24,989 bases of DNA from the IMG/VR virus record IMGVR_UViG_3300025372_000041, positions 1-24,989 of that record. One strand, written 5' to 3'. This DNA comes from a virus (lineage: Duplodnaviria > Caudoviricetes). Every line of letters begins with the position of its first letter. The first letter of the stretch is position 1. A program made the translations under genes and the position numbers. This document shows, in pieces, positions 15,277 to 24,989 of the stretch. Under the pieces are notes generated by a model. It made no database searches and was not told where the DNA came from. It was given only the letters and a program-made list of their open reading frames with translations.

Positions 15277-18200
15277 TTATTGTGGGTCGGGTAGTTTGAG
15301 CATTACTGAATTGATAAACGGTGCGAACTTTGCGTATTCAGGCTGTGTAGCAATACGTTGCCAGAAGTCATAATAATCTGATTTCATTCGTCCTGTTGTG
15401 TGACCAGCAGCAAGCCGTGACTTGAATGAAGCTTCGTATTGATTACGAACTTCTATTGCTTGCTTAAAGAAATCTTTGTAACCAGGGTCAAAAGCGTTGT
15501 CTACCGATGGGTCGTTAATTGCCTTCTGTAGTTGCTGGTATGAAACATAAGCATTTTGGTTTCGACGGCCACCATTGTGGTCAGCCAACCAAGTAACGTT
15601 GTAAATCTGCCCATAGGTTTTCATTTCACGGTTTAATTGATTAATACCTTTGGCATTTAGACCACCAGTTTTACGGTCAACATAGTGTTGGTTTTGAAGC
15701 AACTCTTTTTCTTTAGCGTTGTACATCTGGTCGCCTGTCCAAATGTTAAGAGAATCAAAGTACTTCTGATTAGTTTCACGTTGGCGAAGTCCAAGATTAC
15801 GTTCAACAGAGAAAGTACGTGGATCGCTTTGATAGTTGCCTTGGTCATAAGCAAAAGCAAGAATGTTTGGATATTTACGAACAGCGTCAGGATTCTTGGT
15901 TAAGTATTCCAATGTTTTAGTGGTTTCAGGGTATGACGAACCAGTAGACATGGTGTGAGCCACAAGGTCAAAATAGTTGTTTGGGTAACGACGCATGAAC
16001 TCATCAACAGCCAAGAAATACGTTGGGTACTTAGGAGTTCCATCAGGATTGGTTTCTTTAATAATGCCACTAAGTTTGTTGTTGTTTAAGAAACGTTCAC
16101 CAATGTTGATGGATACTGGAAGTGAGAAACCAGCAACCGTCTTAAGTACGTAAAGCATGGCTGTACGATTATTGGCTTGGTCTTGAAACCTTTGTGCGTT
16201 GCCAGGAATAGCAAAGTACTCGCCCCACTTAACAGCAAGTTTTTGATTAATCATTGCTTCGGCAGAACTGCTCTGTGCTACTGAACCAGTAAACAAATTA
16301 GGGTCGGACTTGTGAAGTTCTTTGTAGAACTGAGTTATTAGTTGATTACTCATGTCACCAACAACGTAGTGATTAAGCGATACGTATGAATTAGTAAATG
16401 TGTCACCAAGTGTGTAACCAATAGCACCAGTAATAGAGTTTTTAATAACTGGGTTAGGCACAAGGTCTTGAATCATACTGCTGTTCATTGATTCAGGCAT
16501 TACCTTTTGTAACACAGAAAAAACGTGTGGGTTGTGATTAGTTGCGTATTCGTAAATGGCCTTGGCAGGGAATGTAACCACAGGTCCCCATGGAATGTGC
16601 AAGAAGTTTTCTAGTTCGCCAATCCAACCAGCCTGATTACCAGTAGTAATAACGCTCATGGCAGATGATGTTGGTGAAGCATCAAGTCCGAATTGACCAG
16701 CCAATGTTGAAGAAGCACCAGCACCTTCAAGAGCTGTAAACCAGTTAAGGAATGAACCAACAACAGCAGTGGTCATTTCTCCACCAGGAATTTGAAACGT
16801 ACCGTTCTTAATGCCGGTGTTAATGTGACTAATGTAATTAGTAACTGCAAGGTTAATTTTTAAGTAACGCTCGTAAGCCGCTGGGTTATCACCGGCCATA
16901 CGAAGTGAACGGCGAATTGCTTGATTTTTGGCAAAGTAGTACGGAGCGAGTACGCGCATGTTCTGTTCGTACATAGTCTTGTCAAGTGGATTGTGAATGA
17001 ACTTGGCCATGCTTACCGTGGCGTTAGTCTGAGCCAATACTTGTGCCTGATCCTCAGTGTAAATTTTGTCTGCAATAAGTGGGCGTAGTTTTTCCATCTC
17101 ATTGTGGTATTCAAGTACAAAAAGTGGGTCACGTGAAAGGTTGTTTACAACTGGTCCAAGTAGTCGACTGTGAATTTTGTCAGACGCGTGAACTAGCAGG
17201 TTGCTACGTGAACCCTTAGCCAAAGGTGAAATGAATTCCTTAGCAGGAAAGTAGTTGGGTGGGGAATCCTTCTTCTTAACCAAGTCACCTAGCCATTTAG
17301 CCATTTGACGTGGCCCCATAATGTCGCCTGTTGACATCTGCTCAAAGATGGTTGGGTGAATTTTAAGACCACGCTCACCAGTACCAAGGTTAGAAATGTG
17401 TTCAGCAATAGCCTTAGCCCAGTCACGTAGTGGGTCGCCTGTGGTGATGTCTGCTGGTGAAAGCAAACGAGAACGTTCAAAGCGCTCTAGGAAGCGTGGG
17501 TCAAAACTGTTAAGCATTTGAACACCGCGTTCTTCAAGCAGGTTCAAGAAACGTGCGTGTCCTTCTGCGCCTGAGAAGTATGCAGCTCCACGCTGAGTAA
17601 CAAGTTCGTGAGCGTAATCAGCGATTGGCTTAAGCACTCGGTCATGGTTAATACGAGATATATTTTCAAACAATGCAGTTCCAGCGGCGCTGTTATCGTT
17701 CTGAATCTGAACGTGGCTTTCACCACGAACCATTGATGAAGCAGTTGGCTCGTTTGTAACTGGGTCAACGCCCCATACCTGTGCCAAAGCAGCATCGTTC
17801 ATTGCTTCAGATGTAACTGAGTCATGCTGTGCGTGTGAACCCCAAGGCAAAATTCCATCGTTAAGAAGAATTACGTCAGTAGCGTCTTGTACTAAACGCT
17901 CCAATTTGTCTGTTGCAAATGTCTTAATCATTGCTTCGTCAAACCCAAGCATGACACCACCAACAACGTTCTTAATCAAGAATTTCTGTCGATCTAGGAG
18001 CGTTACTTTATCGCCACCTTCAGCAGCAGTAGCAGTTACTTTGTCAAAGTCATTAACTAACTTCTCTAGTTTGATTGTGTTACGCGCAAAACTTTCTGCA
18101 ATAAATGCTTCAAAGAAGTGGAATGGGCCTGTTCGTAGTGCGTTAAGCATTACTTCAGACATAGATACACGTTCTGCCCAACCAAGTGATGCAAGCGACA

Positions 18201-21200
18201 TTGGCTTAAAGTACTTGTCTAGGTAGGCTTGGTTAAGGTCTTGAATTAGTTGAGCGTTGCTACGTACACCACGCTTGCCAAGAGCACGGTTGATAATAGG
18301 TATGGGTATTTTCTTTTCAGTCTGTGTTGACCATTCGTTCTTAAACGCCTCAACAAACTTCTCAGCTGATTCTTTAGACGTAGCAGACATGGCCGCAATT
18401 TGGCGAGCCTGTGCGTCAATAGCATCTAAATTGTCAAAGCTCTGGCTAATAAGACCTTTAAGTTCAAAATGCATTTGCTGAACAGCAAGGTGTTCTCCCC
18501 ATAGGTGCTCAAGTGCAGCGCCACGACGCCAATCCTCAAAGGTAACTCCCTGACGTGCAAGTTCACGCATTGTTCCAACATCTTGCATTGGAATAGCACG
18601 CCTGTCTAAATTGGTCAATGGAAGGTTGCGCTCAATAGCGTCTTTCATGGCGTTGTATTGTTTTAGCAGTCCATCGGACTTTCTTTCCAAGTAAGCATTG
18701 ATACTTGCTACTCGTTCAGATGGTAGGAGTTCCTTGTAATCATCGCCACTAATAAGTTTCTTGACACGACTCATTGTAGTTTTTGTTTGTGCTTCAAAAC
18801 CACTTGATACGTTTTCTAAACGTGTTCTAACTGCAACGCTACGGTCAATAAAATCTTCGCCTAATATTTTGTTTGGTGGTATGTTGGTTGGAACGTAACC
18901 ATTAACATCAGGTTTGATTCTTTCTTTTGCCCCAGGTACATCTTGATATCCAAAGCCTTTACTTGTTGTTTTTCCTGTGCTCATACCTTTTACTGGCACA
19001 GAATCTAAACCTAATTGTTCTGCTGCAATTAAACGGTGATTACCTTCGTCAAGAATAGCCTTGCCGGTATCTGGATTATAACTAAGTATTAATGGGTCGG
19101 TAAAACCATTTTCTTTAATTGATTTCTTTAATTCTTCAATAGTTTCTTTTGAATATTTTGTTACAGGGCTAGATGGGTCAAGTCGGTCATATTCTCTGTA
19201 TTTTTTAAGTTCAGAAAGTTTTACCCATTCAATTTGAGAACCAGTATTAGTTTCTACATTTCCAAGCTTGCTAATTGCTTCTCTAGATTTTAATTTTATT
19301 TCATCAGTAAGAGACCTAAATATTTGTGCTTCAGGGCCAAGGCCGCTTTCAAGCGTTCTCTTAAGTGATCCGTCTAGGTGGGTAGCAATGTCCTCAATGG
19401 TCTTGCCTGAGTTTTCAGCAACGCTGGCAATAGTGTTGAAATCTGAGTTCGTCTTAAGGAATGTGTCTACTAGTCCAGTGCGGTTAATGCTCTTAACCAT
19501 TCGACCAATAGCCTTGTTCATACGCATGAGGTCAGATCGACGTGGAAGGATTAACTCACCAAGGTGGTTCTCTCCAATACCTGCGTTCTTGAAATAGCCA
19601 TTGAGCATTTCAACCATGTTGTAAAGGTCGCTCTTAGATGAAACATAGTGACCACCAAGGCCACCACCGTCTGCACCAATCTTGTTGTCTACTTGTGACC
19701 AAGCGTGTTCTGAAAGTGCATCAACAATAGACTGAAGTTCACCCTGTGTGTAGTGAGAACTAATGTTTCTCATAGTTGCTTCAAAAACAAGTTTGCGGTA
19801 TACAACTTTATATGCTTCACTGCTTGTCTGAGATGCAGCATACAAAGCGTCACCAAATGCTTTGATTTCATCTTCAGGCATGTAGAAGGTACGAGCAAAG
19901 TCCATTAAAGCAGGGATGGAATTGACTGAACCAACTTCAATCTTTCGGCTGGTCATCTCACCACCGCGCATCCACATTGGGTTACGACGGAATTGTAGAG
20001 CTATGCGCTGACGCCAGGCTACTTTTACTTTTCCTGCTAAGTCTGTTGGACCATTAAAAGGATTCTTAACGCTGATGTCGTAACCAGTCATCTCCTTGAC
20101 TTGATTAGCCAATTCCTTAGTTACAATTAAATCTCTACCAACAAGTTCGCCAAGGGTACCAAACTTCTCTCCCAAAGCGCCAGTAAGTGCAACCTTAAAT
20201 GCTGAGTACCAACCAAGTGTCGGTGCTCGTGATGTAATGATGTTGATTCCAGCAGACAAATCTTCTAATACTGAAAGTACTTCTTGTGGTGTAGTTGCCT
20301 TGTCTAGTTTGCCAATAACTTCTTTGTTAAACGTGCCAGGAAACTGCCTAAGAATTTCACTAGAACTTTGAGTAGAAATCAAGTCAATAGCACGACGAAC
20401 ACTATCGTACTGACGGTACGCACGGGTAATGTCACCAGCGCCACGGATACCAAGACCACCGTACCAAGCACCAAGCTTGCCAGTAAACCCAGCAAATGAC
20501 TTGGCCATTTTTGGAATCTCAAGTGCTCGTCCAAGTGGATCGCTAATGCCAAACTGAGCAAGCAAATTAATTGCCGTTGCCGTTGGTGTAAACATTAATG
20601 TTCCTTGTTGACCCAACAAAGTAGCCAAATCAGAACCTAAACTAATTGGATGTCCTTTAGCATCACGAACATTTAAGTCAGCAGTTTCATTCCACAGTTT
20701 TGCGGTTAATGGATTTGCTTGTGCCTGTTGCATCATTGATAAATAAGCAGCGTTAGCACCGTATCCACCAGTTACATCCACAACTTCACGAAGTCCTTTT
20801 AATGGTAAACCAACTGCGTACTTGTTTAGAAATTCAGAAATGTTTTTAGATACGTATGCTGATTTAGAAAAGTTGGAAGCAACGGGAGTTGCGGCTTCGG
20901 TTGCGGCTTGTTCAGCTTTAGCAGAGACTTGTTCATAAAGGTCTTTCTCCCATTGAGTCATTGGGTTCCAGACCGTAGTCTTGTCCATAGTATTTTTAAG
21001 CCACACAGGGTCATGCTTTACTAAACGTGATTGTGCTGCTTTAATTTCTGCTTGAAGTGCAGTATCACCAGGATTATCTATTAAACGAGACTCAGCATTA
21101 GCAACAAGTTCTTTGTCAGCAGCAACAGAGCGAGCCAAAACCTGTTCGGAAGTTCTAGCAGTTCCTTCTAATGCAGAAGCAGCAAAACTTTCAGCACCAA

Positions 21201-21897
21201 GAGCAGGTAATAAATTCAAAGCATTATTACTCATTGTCCAATTAGCACCATGTTGATGAACACTAGATGCTAAGTTTGCAAAAGCGTGTGCAGGAAGAAA
21301 TGGAAGTTGTTTTATAAAATTCCAATTATTAGCACGTGCTTCTGGTGTAGCAGGAGTAGTAAGAGATTGGTAAAGTTTTACTGCTTGTAATGCCATACCA
21401 GGAAGTGCTTGTAATTCTTGTTGACCACCTTGTGCTGTTTGAGCCATGTTTGCTAATGGGTCGCCACTCCAACCTTGAATCTGATTTCTGATAAGTCCTT
21501 TGCCAGCACTTATCACAGCACGGCCAGGAGCAGCAAGAAAATCTAAACCAAATTTACCTGCATCAACAACGCTTCCAAGAATGTCTTTACCCATGTTAAA
21601 AATGTTAAAATGTTGCGATGTATTTTTAACTGCGTTCTGCATTTGAACGTATCCCATGGCATTAGCCATTACAGTTGCATTGACACCGTAGTGAGTTGCT
21701 AGCGCTTGAGCAGTCGTAGGGTCTTTAGCAATTTCAGGGTTGTTGTGAACTAAGTTCTCAATCGTGTTCTGTACTGACGTAGGGAACGTTTTAATTGCAG
21801 TTGGGTTATTGGGGCCAATAAACTGTTGACCACGAGTATCACCAATGTATCCCTGGGGCGCACCAGACTGCTTATCTACGTTCTGTTCACCGGCCAT
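15277..21897 (-). CDS. Giant probable internal virion / DNA ejection protein (2206 aa) containing a ParB/Sulfiredoxin-like domain
   Basis: Very large, helical, essentially Cys-free protein in the structural module; aa ~889-969 match the ParB N-terminal pattern (IEELKKSIKENGFTDPLIL...ILDEGNHRLIAAEQLGLDSVPV). Confidence 0.7.
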   Translation of the reverse strand: MAGEQNVDKQSGAPQGYIGDTRGQQFIGPNNPTAIKTFPTSVQNTIENLVHNNPEIAKDPTTAQALATHYGVNATVMANAMGYVQMQNAVKNTSQHFNIFNMGKDILGSVVDAGKFGLDFLAAPGRAVISAGKGLIRNQIQGWSGDPLANMAQTAQGGQQELQALPGMALQAVKLYQSLTTPATPEARANNWNFIKQLPFLPAHAFANLASSVHQHGANWTMSNNALNLLPALGAESFAASALEGTARTSEQVLARSVAADKELVANAESRLIDNPGDTALQAEIKAAQSRLVKHDPVWLKNTMDKTTVWNPMTQWEKDLYEQVSAKAEQAATEAATPVASNFSKSAYVSKNISEFLNKYAVGLPLKGLREVVDVTGGYGANAAYLSMMQQAQANPLTAKLWNETADLNVRDAKGHPISLGSDLATLLGQQGTLMFTPTATAINLLAQFGISDPLGRALEIPKMAKSFAGFTGKLGAWYGGLGIRGAGDITRAYRQYDSVRRAIDLISTQSSSEILRQFPGTFNKEVIGKLDKATTPQEVLSVLEDLSAGINIITSRAPTLGWYSAFKVALTGALGEKFGTLGELVGRDLIVTKELANQVKEMTGYDISVKNPFNGPTDLAGKVKVAWRQRIALQFRRNPMWMRGGEMTSRKIEVGSVNSIPALMDFARTFYMPEDEIKAFGDALYAASQTSSEAYKVVYRKLVFEATMRNISSHYTQGELQSIVDALSEHAWSQVDNKIGADGGGLGGHYVSSKSDLYNMVEMLNGYFKNAGIGENHLGELILPRRSDLMRMNKAIGRMVKSINRTGLVDTFLKTNSDFNTIASVAENSGKTIEDIATHLDGSLKRTLESGLGPEAQIFRSLTDEIKLKSREAISKLGNVETNTGSQIEWVKLSELKKYREYDRLDPSSPVTKYSKETIEELKKSIKENGFTDPLILSYNPDTGKAILDEGNHRLIAAEQLGLDSVPVKGMSTGKTTSKGFGYQDVPGAKERIKPDVNGYVPTNIPPNKILGEDFIDRSVAVRTRLENVSSGFEAQTKTTMSRVKKLISGDDYKELLPSERVASINAYLERKSDGLLKQYNAMKDAIERNLPLTNLDRRAIPMQDVGTMRELARQGVTFEDWRRGAALEHLWGEHLAVQQMHFELKGLISQSFDNLDAIDAQARQIAAMSATSKESAEKFVEAFKNEWSTQTEKKIPIPIINRALGKRGVRSNAQLIQDLNQAYLDKYFKPMSLASLGWAERVSMSEVMLNALRTGPFHFFEAFIAESFARNTIKLEKLVNDFDKVTATAAEGGDKVTLLDRQKFLIKNVVGGVMLGFDEAMIKTFATDKLERLVQDATDVILLNDGILPWGSHAQHDSVTSEAMNDAALAQVWGVDPVTNEPTASSMVRGESHVQIQNDNSAAGTALFENISRINHDRVLKPIADYAHELVTQRGAAYFSGAEGHARFLNLLEERGVQMLNSFDPRFLERFERSRLLSPADITTGDPLRDWAKAIAEHISNLGTGERGLKIHPTIFEQMSTGDIMGPRQMAKWLGDLVKKKDSPPNYFPAKEFISPLAKGSRSNLLVHASDKIHSRLLGPVVNNLSRDPLFVLEYHNEMEKLRPLIADKIYTEDQAQVLAQTNATVSMAKFIHNPLDKTMYEQNMRVLAPYYFAKNQAIRRSLRMAGDNPAAYERYLKINLAVTNYISHINTGIKNGTFQIPGGEMTTAVVGSFLNWFTALEGAGASSTLAGQFGLDASPTSSAMSVITTGNQAGWIGELENFLHIPWGPVVTFPAKAIYEYATNHNPHVFSVLQKVMPESMNSSMIQDLVPNPVIKNSITGAIGYTLGDTFTNSYVSLNHYVVGDMSNQLITQFYKELHKSDPNLFTGSVAQSSSAEAMINQKLAVKWGEYFAIPGNAQRFQDQANNRTAMLYVLKTVAGFSLPVSINIGERFLNNNKLSGIIKETNPDGTPKYPTYFLAVDEFMRRYPNNYFDLVAHTMSTGSSYPETTKTLEYLTKNPDAVRKYPNILAFAYDQGNYQSDPRTFSVERNLGLRQRETNQKYFDSLNIWTGDQMYNAKEKELLQNQHYVDRKTGGLNAKGINQLNREMKTYGQIYNVTWLADHNGGRRNQNAYVSYQQLQKAINDPSVDNAFDPGYKDFFKQAIEVRNQYEASFKSRLAAGHTTGRMKSDYYDFWQRIATQPEYAKFAPFINSVMLKLPDPQ

Positions 21898-22355
21898 TAC
21901 AGACCCAATGTACGAGCTGCGCTGGCCAAGTCCATCAAAGTAGCAGAAGCGTTCGGACTATTCGCCAAAGCGCCAAGCATGTTGGCAACGGCTGGACGAG
22001 TAGTAAGTAATGCTTCCGATCCTACACCTGGTCCCATGTCAATGCCAGATGTTGTTGGCTCGTTAGGGTAATCAGTTGGGTGAAGGAATCGAAGTTCGCC
22101 TGGGTAAGCAGGAAGTTGTGGCAACTGTTCAGATACAGTAGTTGGCGCTGCTTGTGCTGGTGCTTGCGCTGGCGCAACCGATACCTGTTGTGGTGCTACG
22201 GGTATTGCACGTTGAGCAGCCTGTTGTGCACCTGCTTCTCCGTAGCCTTGACCAGTAGCGGCCTGGACTGGCATTGCTGCGTTAAGGTCAGTACGGTTTC
22301 CGTATGCTGTTCCTGGCGTTCCCTCACGGGCGCCACCTCTACCTGTACGTGGCAT
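21897..22355 (-). CDS. Ala/Pro/Gly-rich hypothetical protein downstream of portal (152 aa)
   Basis: Packed between portal and giant gene; PTDYPNEPTTSGIDMGPGVGSEAL motif; likely disordered. Confidence 0.75.
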   Translation of the reverse strand: MPRTGRGGAREGTPGTAYGNRTDLNAAMPVQAATGQGYGEAGAQQAAQRAIPVAPQQVSVAPAQAPAQAAPTTVSEQLPQLPAYPGELRFLHPTDYPNEPTTSGIDMGPGVGSEALLTTRPAVANMLGALANSPNASATLMDLASAARTLGL

Positions 22356-22358
22356 CTA

Positions 22359-24245
22359 TTACATCCCTGGTGCGGCACCGGCTGGAGCTGGTGGACGCTT
22401 CAAAGTTGACAACATAGCACTCAAGTTCTGTGCTCCGGCTGGTGGTGGTGCGATAGGCGTTCCAGCAGGGTTGTCTGGCGATACGCCGATACCAGGCTGT
22501 GACTCTGCCTGAACTTCTGGTGGCTGTCCACCTTGCTGCATTTGCTGTTGCATTTGCTGTTGCTGGTTTGCTTGCTCGGCTTGCTTCGCTTGCATTTCTT
22601 TGTGGACTTTAGCAACCGCGGCTTCAAGAGTGACGTGTCGTTCTGCCTTAGCCATTGCGATTTCAGCAATAACGTTGGGGTCAAGACTTCCCTGCGACGC
22701 CTGTTGTTCAAGGCCAGCAAGAAGCGCCTTACGTAGTCCTTCAATTTCAACTTGATCACGTTCACGAATCGGGTCCTCAATCGCTGGGTCCATCTCACGG
22801 GCTGTCTGTGTAGACATAATACCAGTTCCGACACGTTGACCAATGGCGACTACCATGCCATTTACGTCTGAACCAGGCATTGAGTACTTGACGTATGACA
22901 AGTCCGTTTCGAATGTTTCGTTTGGCGTGTAGTCAGGGTGAGTAATCTTACCGTCGTTACCAAAGAAGAACATGCTTGGCTTTTTACCGTAGTAAGCCTT
23001 CATGATTTTTACCGCACGGCGGTTCTCTGCTTCTAGTGAGTTAGCGAAGATTTCCTGATACTCTTGAATAGGCATGTCAACGGTGTTTGACATGACCATT
23101 TCACCTCGACGAGCTGTACGAACGTTGCTTGGTGATTCCCCACCAAACTCTGCAGGGATTCCACCTGTGAGTCGCTGAGCGCGTTCCATCCGGTCAAGTG
23201 CGTCGTTTGTGGTTGAACCTGGCTGCAGATGTGTGATTTGTACTTGTCCCTTATCAACGACTCCACGGATTCCTTCTTTACCATTAGCTTCTTGAATAAT
23301 ACGAGGTGATGATGGAGAGTTGCTTGTGCTAACAATCCACTCATCTGGGAACACGTTGCGGAAACGAGCAATCATGTCTAAGGCATCTAGTTTAGCCATA
23401 CGCTGGTAGGTTCCAAGCATCTGGTCAAACTGACCCTGTAGGCGGTCTAGTGTGATACGTCCAGCAATAACTACTGGGCTTACCTCTGCACGGTTAGGGA
23501 TGCGCTCCAAGATAATGTGCGTAGCGATTCCCTTGCCTGTCTCAGTGCTGTATGCACTTGCCTTTGGCTTTTCAGCACCAACGGCAATAAGCACAGTTTC
23601 GTTAGCGTCCATGTACTCCAACACTTCAAACATGTCGTGGTCGCCCTTTTCACCACGGTACAAGATAGCCATCTGTGCTGGGTAGTTTTCCTTCAACCAG
23701 CCAAGTGGTCGGCGGTCAACGAAGATGCAGTCTGCTGGCTCCATTGAGTCTGGATCAAGCATTGGTGCAGGGTACGTAGAAAGTGGGTTACGCACGCGCC
23801 AGTGAGGAATGTCACGCTGGTCGTCGTGGTAGACCGACACTGGTGAGATAGTTACAGCACTCATACCGTAAGCAGTAAGGTGACGTGCACGGCGACGTAA
23901 CTTGGTACCCATCTTGTTCATGTCCCACCAACCAAGGTTGGCTAGACGACGGTCACGGGCACGGTTTTCAGATACCTGAATACCTGGGCGTACTGGCATG
24001 TACGAGATGTCTGGGATGACTGAAGCCACGCGCATAGCGAACTGGTCAATACCTTGAGCAATCAAGTTCGGAATGGCAGGCTTTTCCATGTCATCTAACT
24101 CAGGCAGTGGAATGATAATGTCGCCGTTGTAGTGACGACGGATATCTTCCATCTTGCTAAAGAGTCCACCGCGGTCTTTGCGGCGCTCCTGGTACATGGT
24201 TACGACCTGTGCCGCAGCCTTGTCATTATCGAACGAGAGAGCCAC
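22359..24245 (-). CDS. Portal protein (head-to-tail connector)
   Basis: Immediately follows terminase; 628 aa; RRHYNGD and PNLIAQGIDQFA N-terminal motifs; Gln/Pro-rich C-terminal tail as in podoviral portals. Confidence 0.85.
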   Translation of the reverse strand: MALSFDNDKAAAQVVTMYQERRKDRGGLFSKMEDIRRHYNGDIIIPLPELDDMEKPAIPNLIAQGIDQFAMRVASVIPDISYMPVRPGIQVSENRARDRRLANLGWWDMNKMGTKLRRRARHLTAYGMSAVTISPVSVYHDDQRDIPHWRVRNPLSTYPAPMLDPDSMEPADCIFVDRRPLGWLKENYPAQMAILYRGEKGDHDMFEVLEYMDANETVLIAVGAEKPKASAYSTETGKGIATHIILERIPNRAEVSPVVIAGRITLDRLQGQFDQMLGTYQRMAKLDALDMIARFRNVFPDEWIVSTSNSPSSPRIIQEANGKEGIRGVVDKGQVQITHLQPGSTTNDALDRMERAQRLTGGIPAEFGGESPSNVRTARRGEMVMSNTVDMPIQEYQEIFANSLEAENRRAVKIMKAYYGKKPSMFFFGNDGKITHPDYTPNETFETDLSYVKYSMPGSDVNGMVVAIGQRVGTGIMSTQTAREMDPAIEDPIRERDQVEIEGLRKALLAGLEQQASQGSLDPNVIAEIAMAKAERHVTLEAAVAKVHKEMQAKQAEQANQQQQMQQQMQQGGQPPEVQAESQPGIGVSPDNPAGTPIAPPPAGAQNLSAMLSTLKRPPAPAGAAPGM

Positions 24246-24989
24246 TTATAACCTCAATGTCTTAGGGGTGGACGACTTCACCCATGATGGGCGCCACGCT
24301 GGGGCTGTTGCCGATTTCGGCATGTAGAGGTTGGGAATGTTCCACTCTAGAAACCATTGAGCCATAACACAGTCATCTGTGCGTGACCCATTAGGGTACT
24401 TTGTAACCTCATCAATTAGTTTCATAGAGCGAACTTTTCCTTCACCCCTACCAGGTAATCTTACACGACCGAAGCGGTAGTGGGGTTGTAACACCGTCAC
24501 ACCCAGTGCTTCGTCCGATTTATTGATGCCATTTGTGTTGTGGGGAATGATCTCCACAGACCGCATTTGGCGCCATTGCTTGACATAATCGTACTGAAGC
24601 ATAAACCGCTGAGCTGCATTAGATTCCACAATCCAGTACTGAATTGGGTATCCCATGGACTCAGACAAGTTCTGCCATTCTTCCATAACCCCAGTGTATT
24701 TACCGTCATGGATGTTGTAGTCCAAGAACTTACTGGCTTCCATCTTCTGGCGAATCAGGTCAATCAAGAACCGTTGCTGGGACTCTGGGTGGTACAGCCA
24801 GCACTGGATAGCCCAATAGTTAGTCGGACTAGGGTCAGCGGTAGCGACCATCAGGCACTCGCTGGCTGAAATGCCACGGGGTATCTGCCAGATGTCTCGG
24901 TCTTTGTCCATGCACCCTGGGTTGTCACCCTGACCAAATACCCACTCGTGGCGTACTAAGACTTCTGACGGGTCCAAGTCCTCTTGCTG
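24246..24989 (-). CDS. terL: Terminase large subunit, C-terminal RNase H-like nuclease domain (5' truncated by window)
   Basis: Frame open to the window edge (QQEDLDP...); TADPS, IVESNAAQ and YPNGSRTDDCVMA motifs typical of TerL nuclease domains. Confidence 0.88.
   Translation of the reverse strand, partial: QQEDLDPSEVLVRHEWVFGQGDNPGCMDKDRDIWQIPRGISASECLMVATADPSPTNYWAIQCWLYHPESQQRFLIDLIRQKMEASKFLDYNIHDGKYTGVMEEWQNLSESMGYPIQYWIVESNAAQRFMLQYDYVKQWRQMRSVEIIPHNTNGINKSDEALGVTVLQPHYRFGRVRLPGRGEGKVRSMKLIDEVTKYPNGSRTDDCVMAQWFLEWNIPNLYMPKSATAPAWRPSWVKSSTPKTLRL

Noticed and set aside
18780-19330. Intein or homing endonuclease in the giant protein
   Set aside because: No recognisable Cys/Ser N-terminal splice block, no His-Asn-Cys/Ser/Thr junction at the insert boundary, and no LAGLIDADG or HNH motif; the insert looks like ParB/Srx
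9579-24869. Plus-strand ORFs listed in the track
   Set aside because: All are short and largely or wholly antisense to well-supported minus-strand genes, with no recognisable motifs
1-24989. Genome-wide stop codon reassignment
   Set aside because: Long genes are intact under the standard code, and TAA, TAG and TGA all end genes right next to the following start

Overview
A 25-kb slice of a tailed dsDNA phage (Caudoviricetes) virion-morphogenesis module, entirely on the minus strand and tightly packed with TAATG/ATGA stop-start overlaps. Reading right to left: terminase large subunit (C-terminal part), portal, a small Ala/Pro-rich protein, a 2206-aa probable internal/ejection protein with an embedded ParB/Srx-like domain, two more probable internal proteins, a ~160-bp intergenic region with a promoter and a highly structured RNA leader, scaffold, N4-gp56-type major capsid, a run of small proteins (several Cys-rich, some missed by the ORF track), a 1188-aa double-collagen fibre, a second fibre sharing its C-terminal module (each followed by a paralogous 45-49 aa mini-protein), probable tail adaptor and nozzle, and a tail-collar protein. 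No tape measure, sheath or tube gene is evident in the window, so a podovirus-like virion is inferred. The most interesting signals are the structured leader RNA upstream of scaffold/capsid, the ParB-like module in the giant virion protein, and the duplicated receptor-binding cassettes with DNA-level conserved anchors around hypervariable segments. All product calls come from motif recognition and synteny, not database searches.
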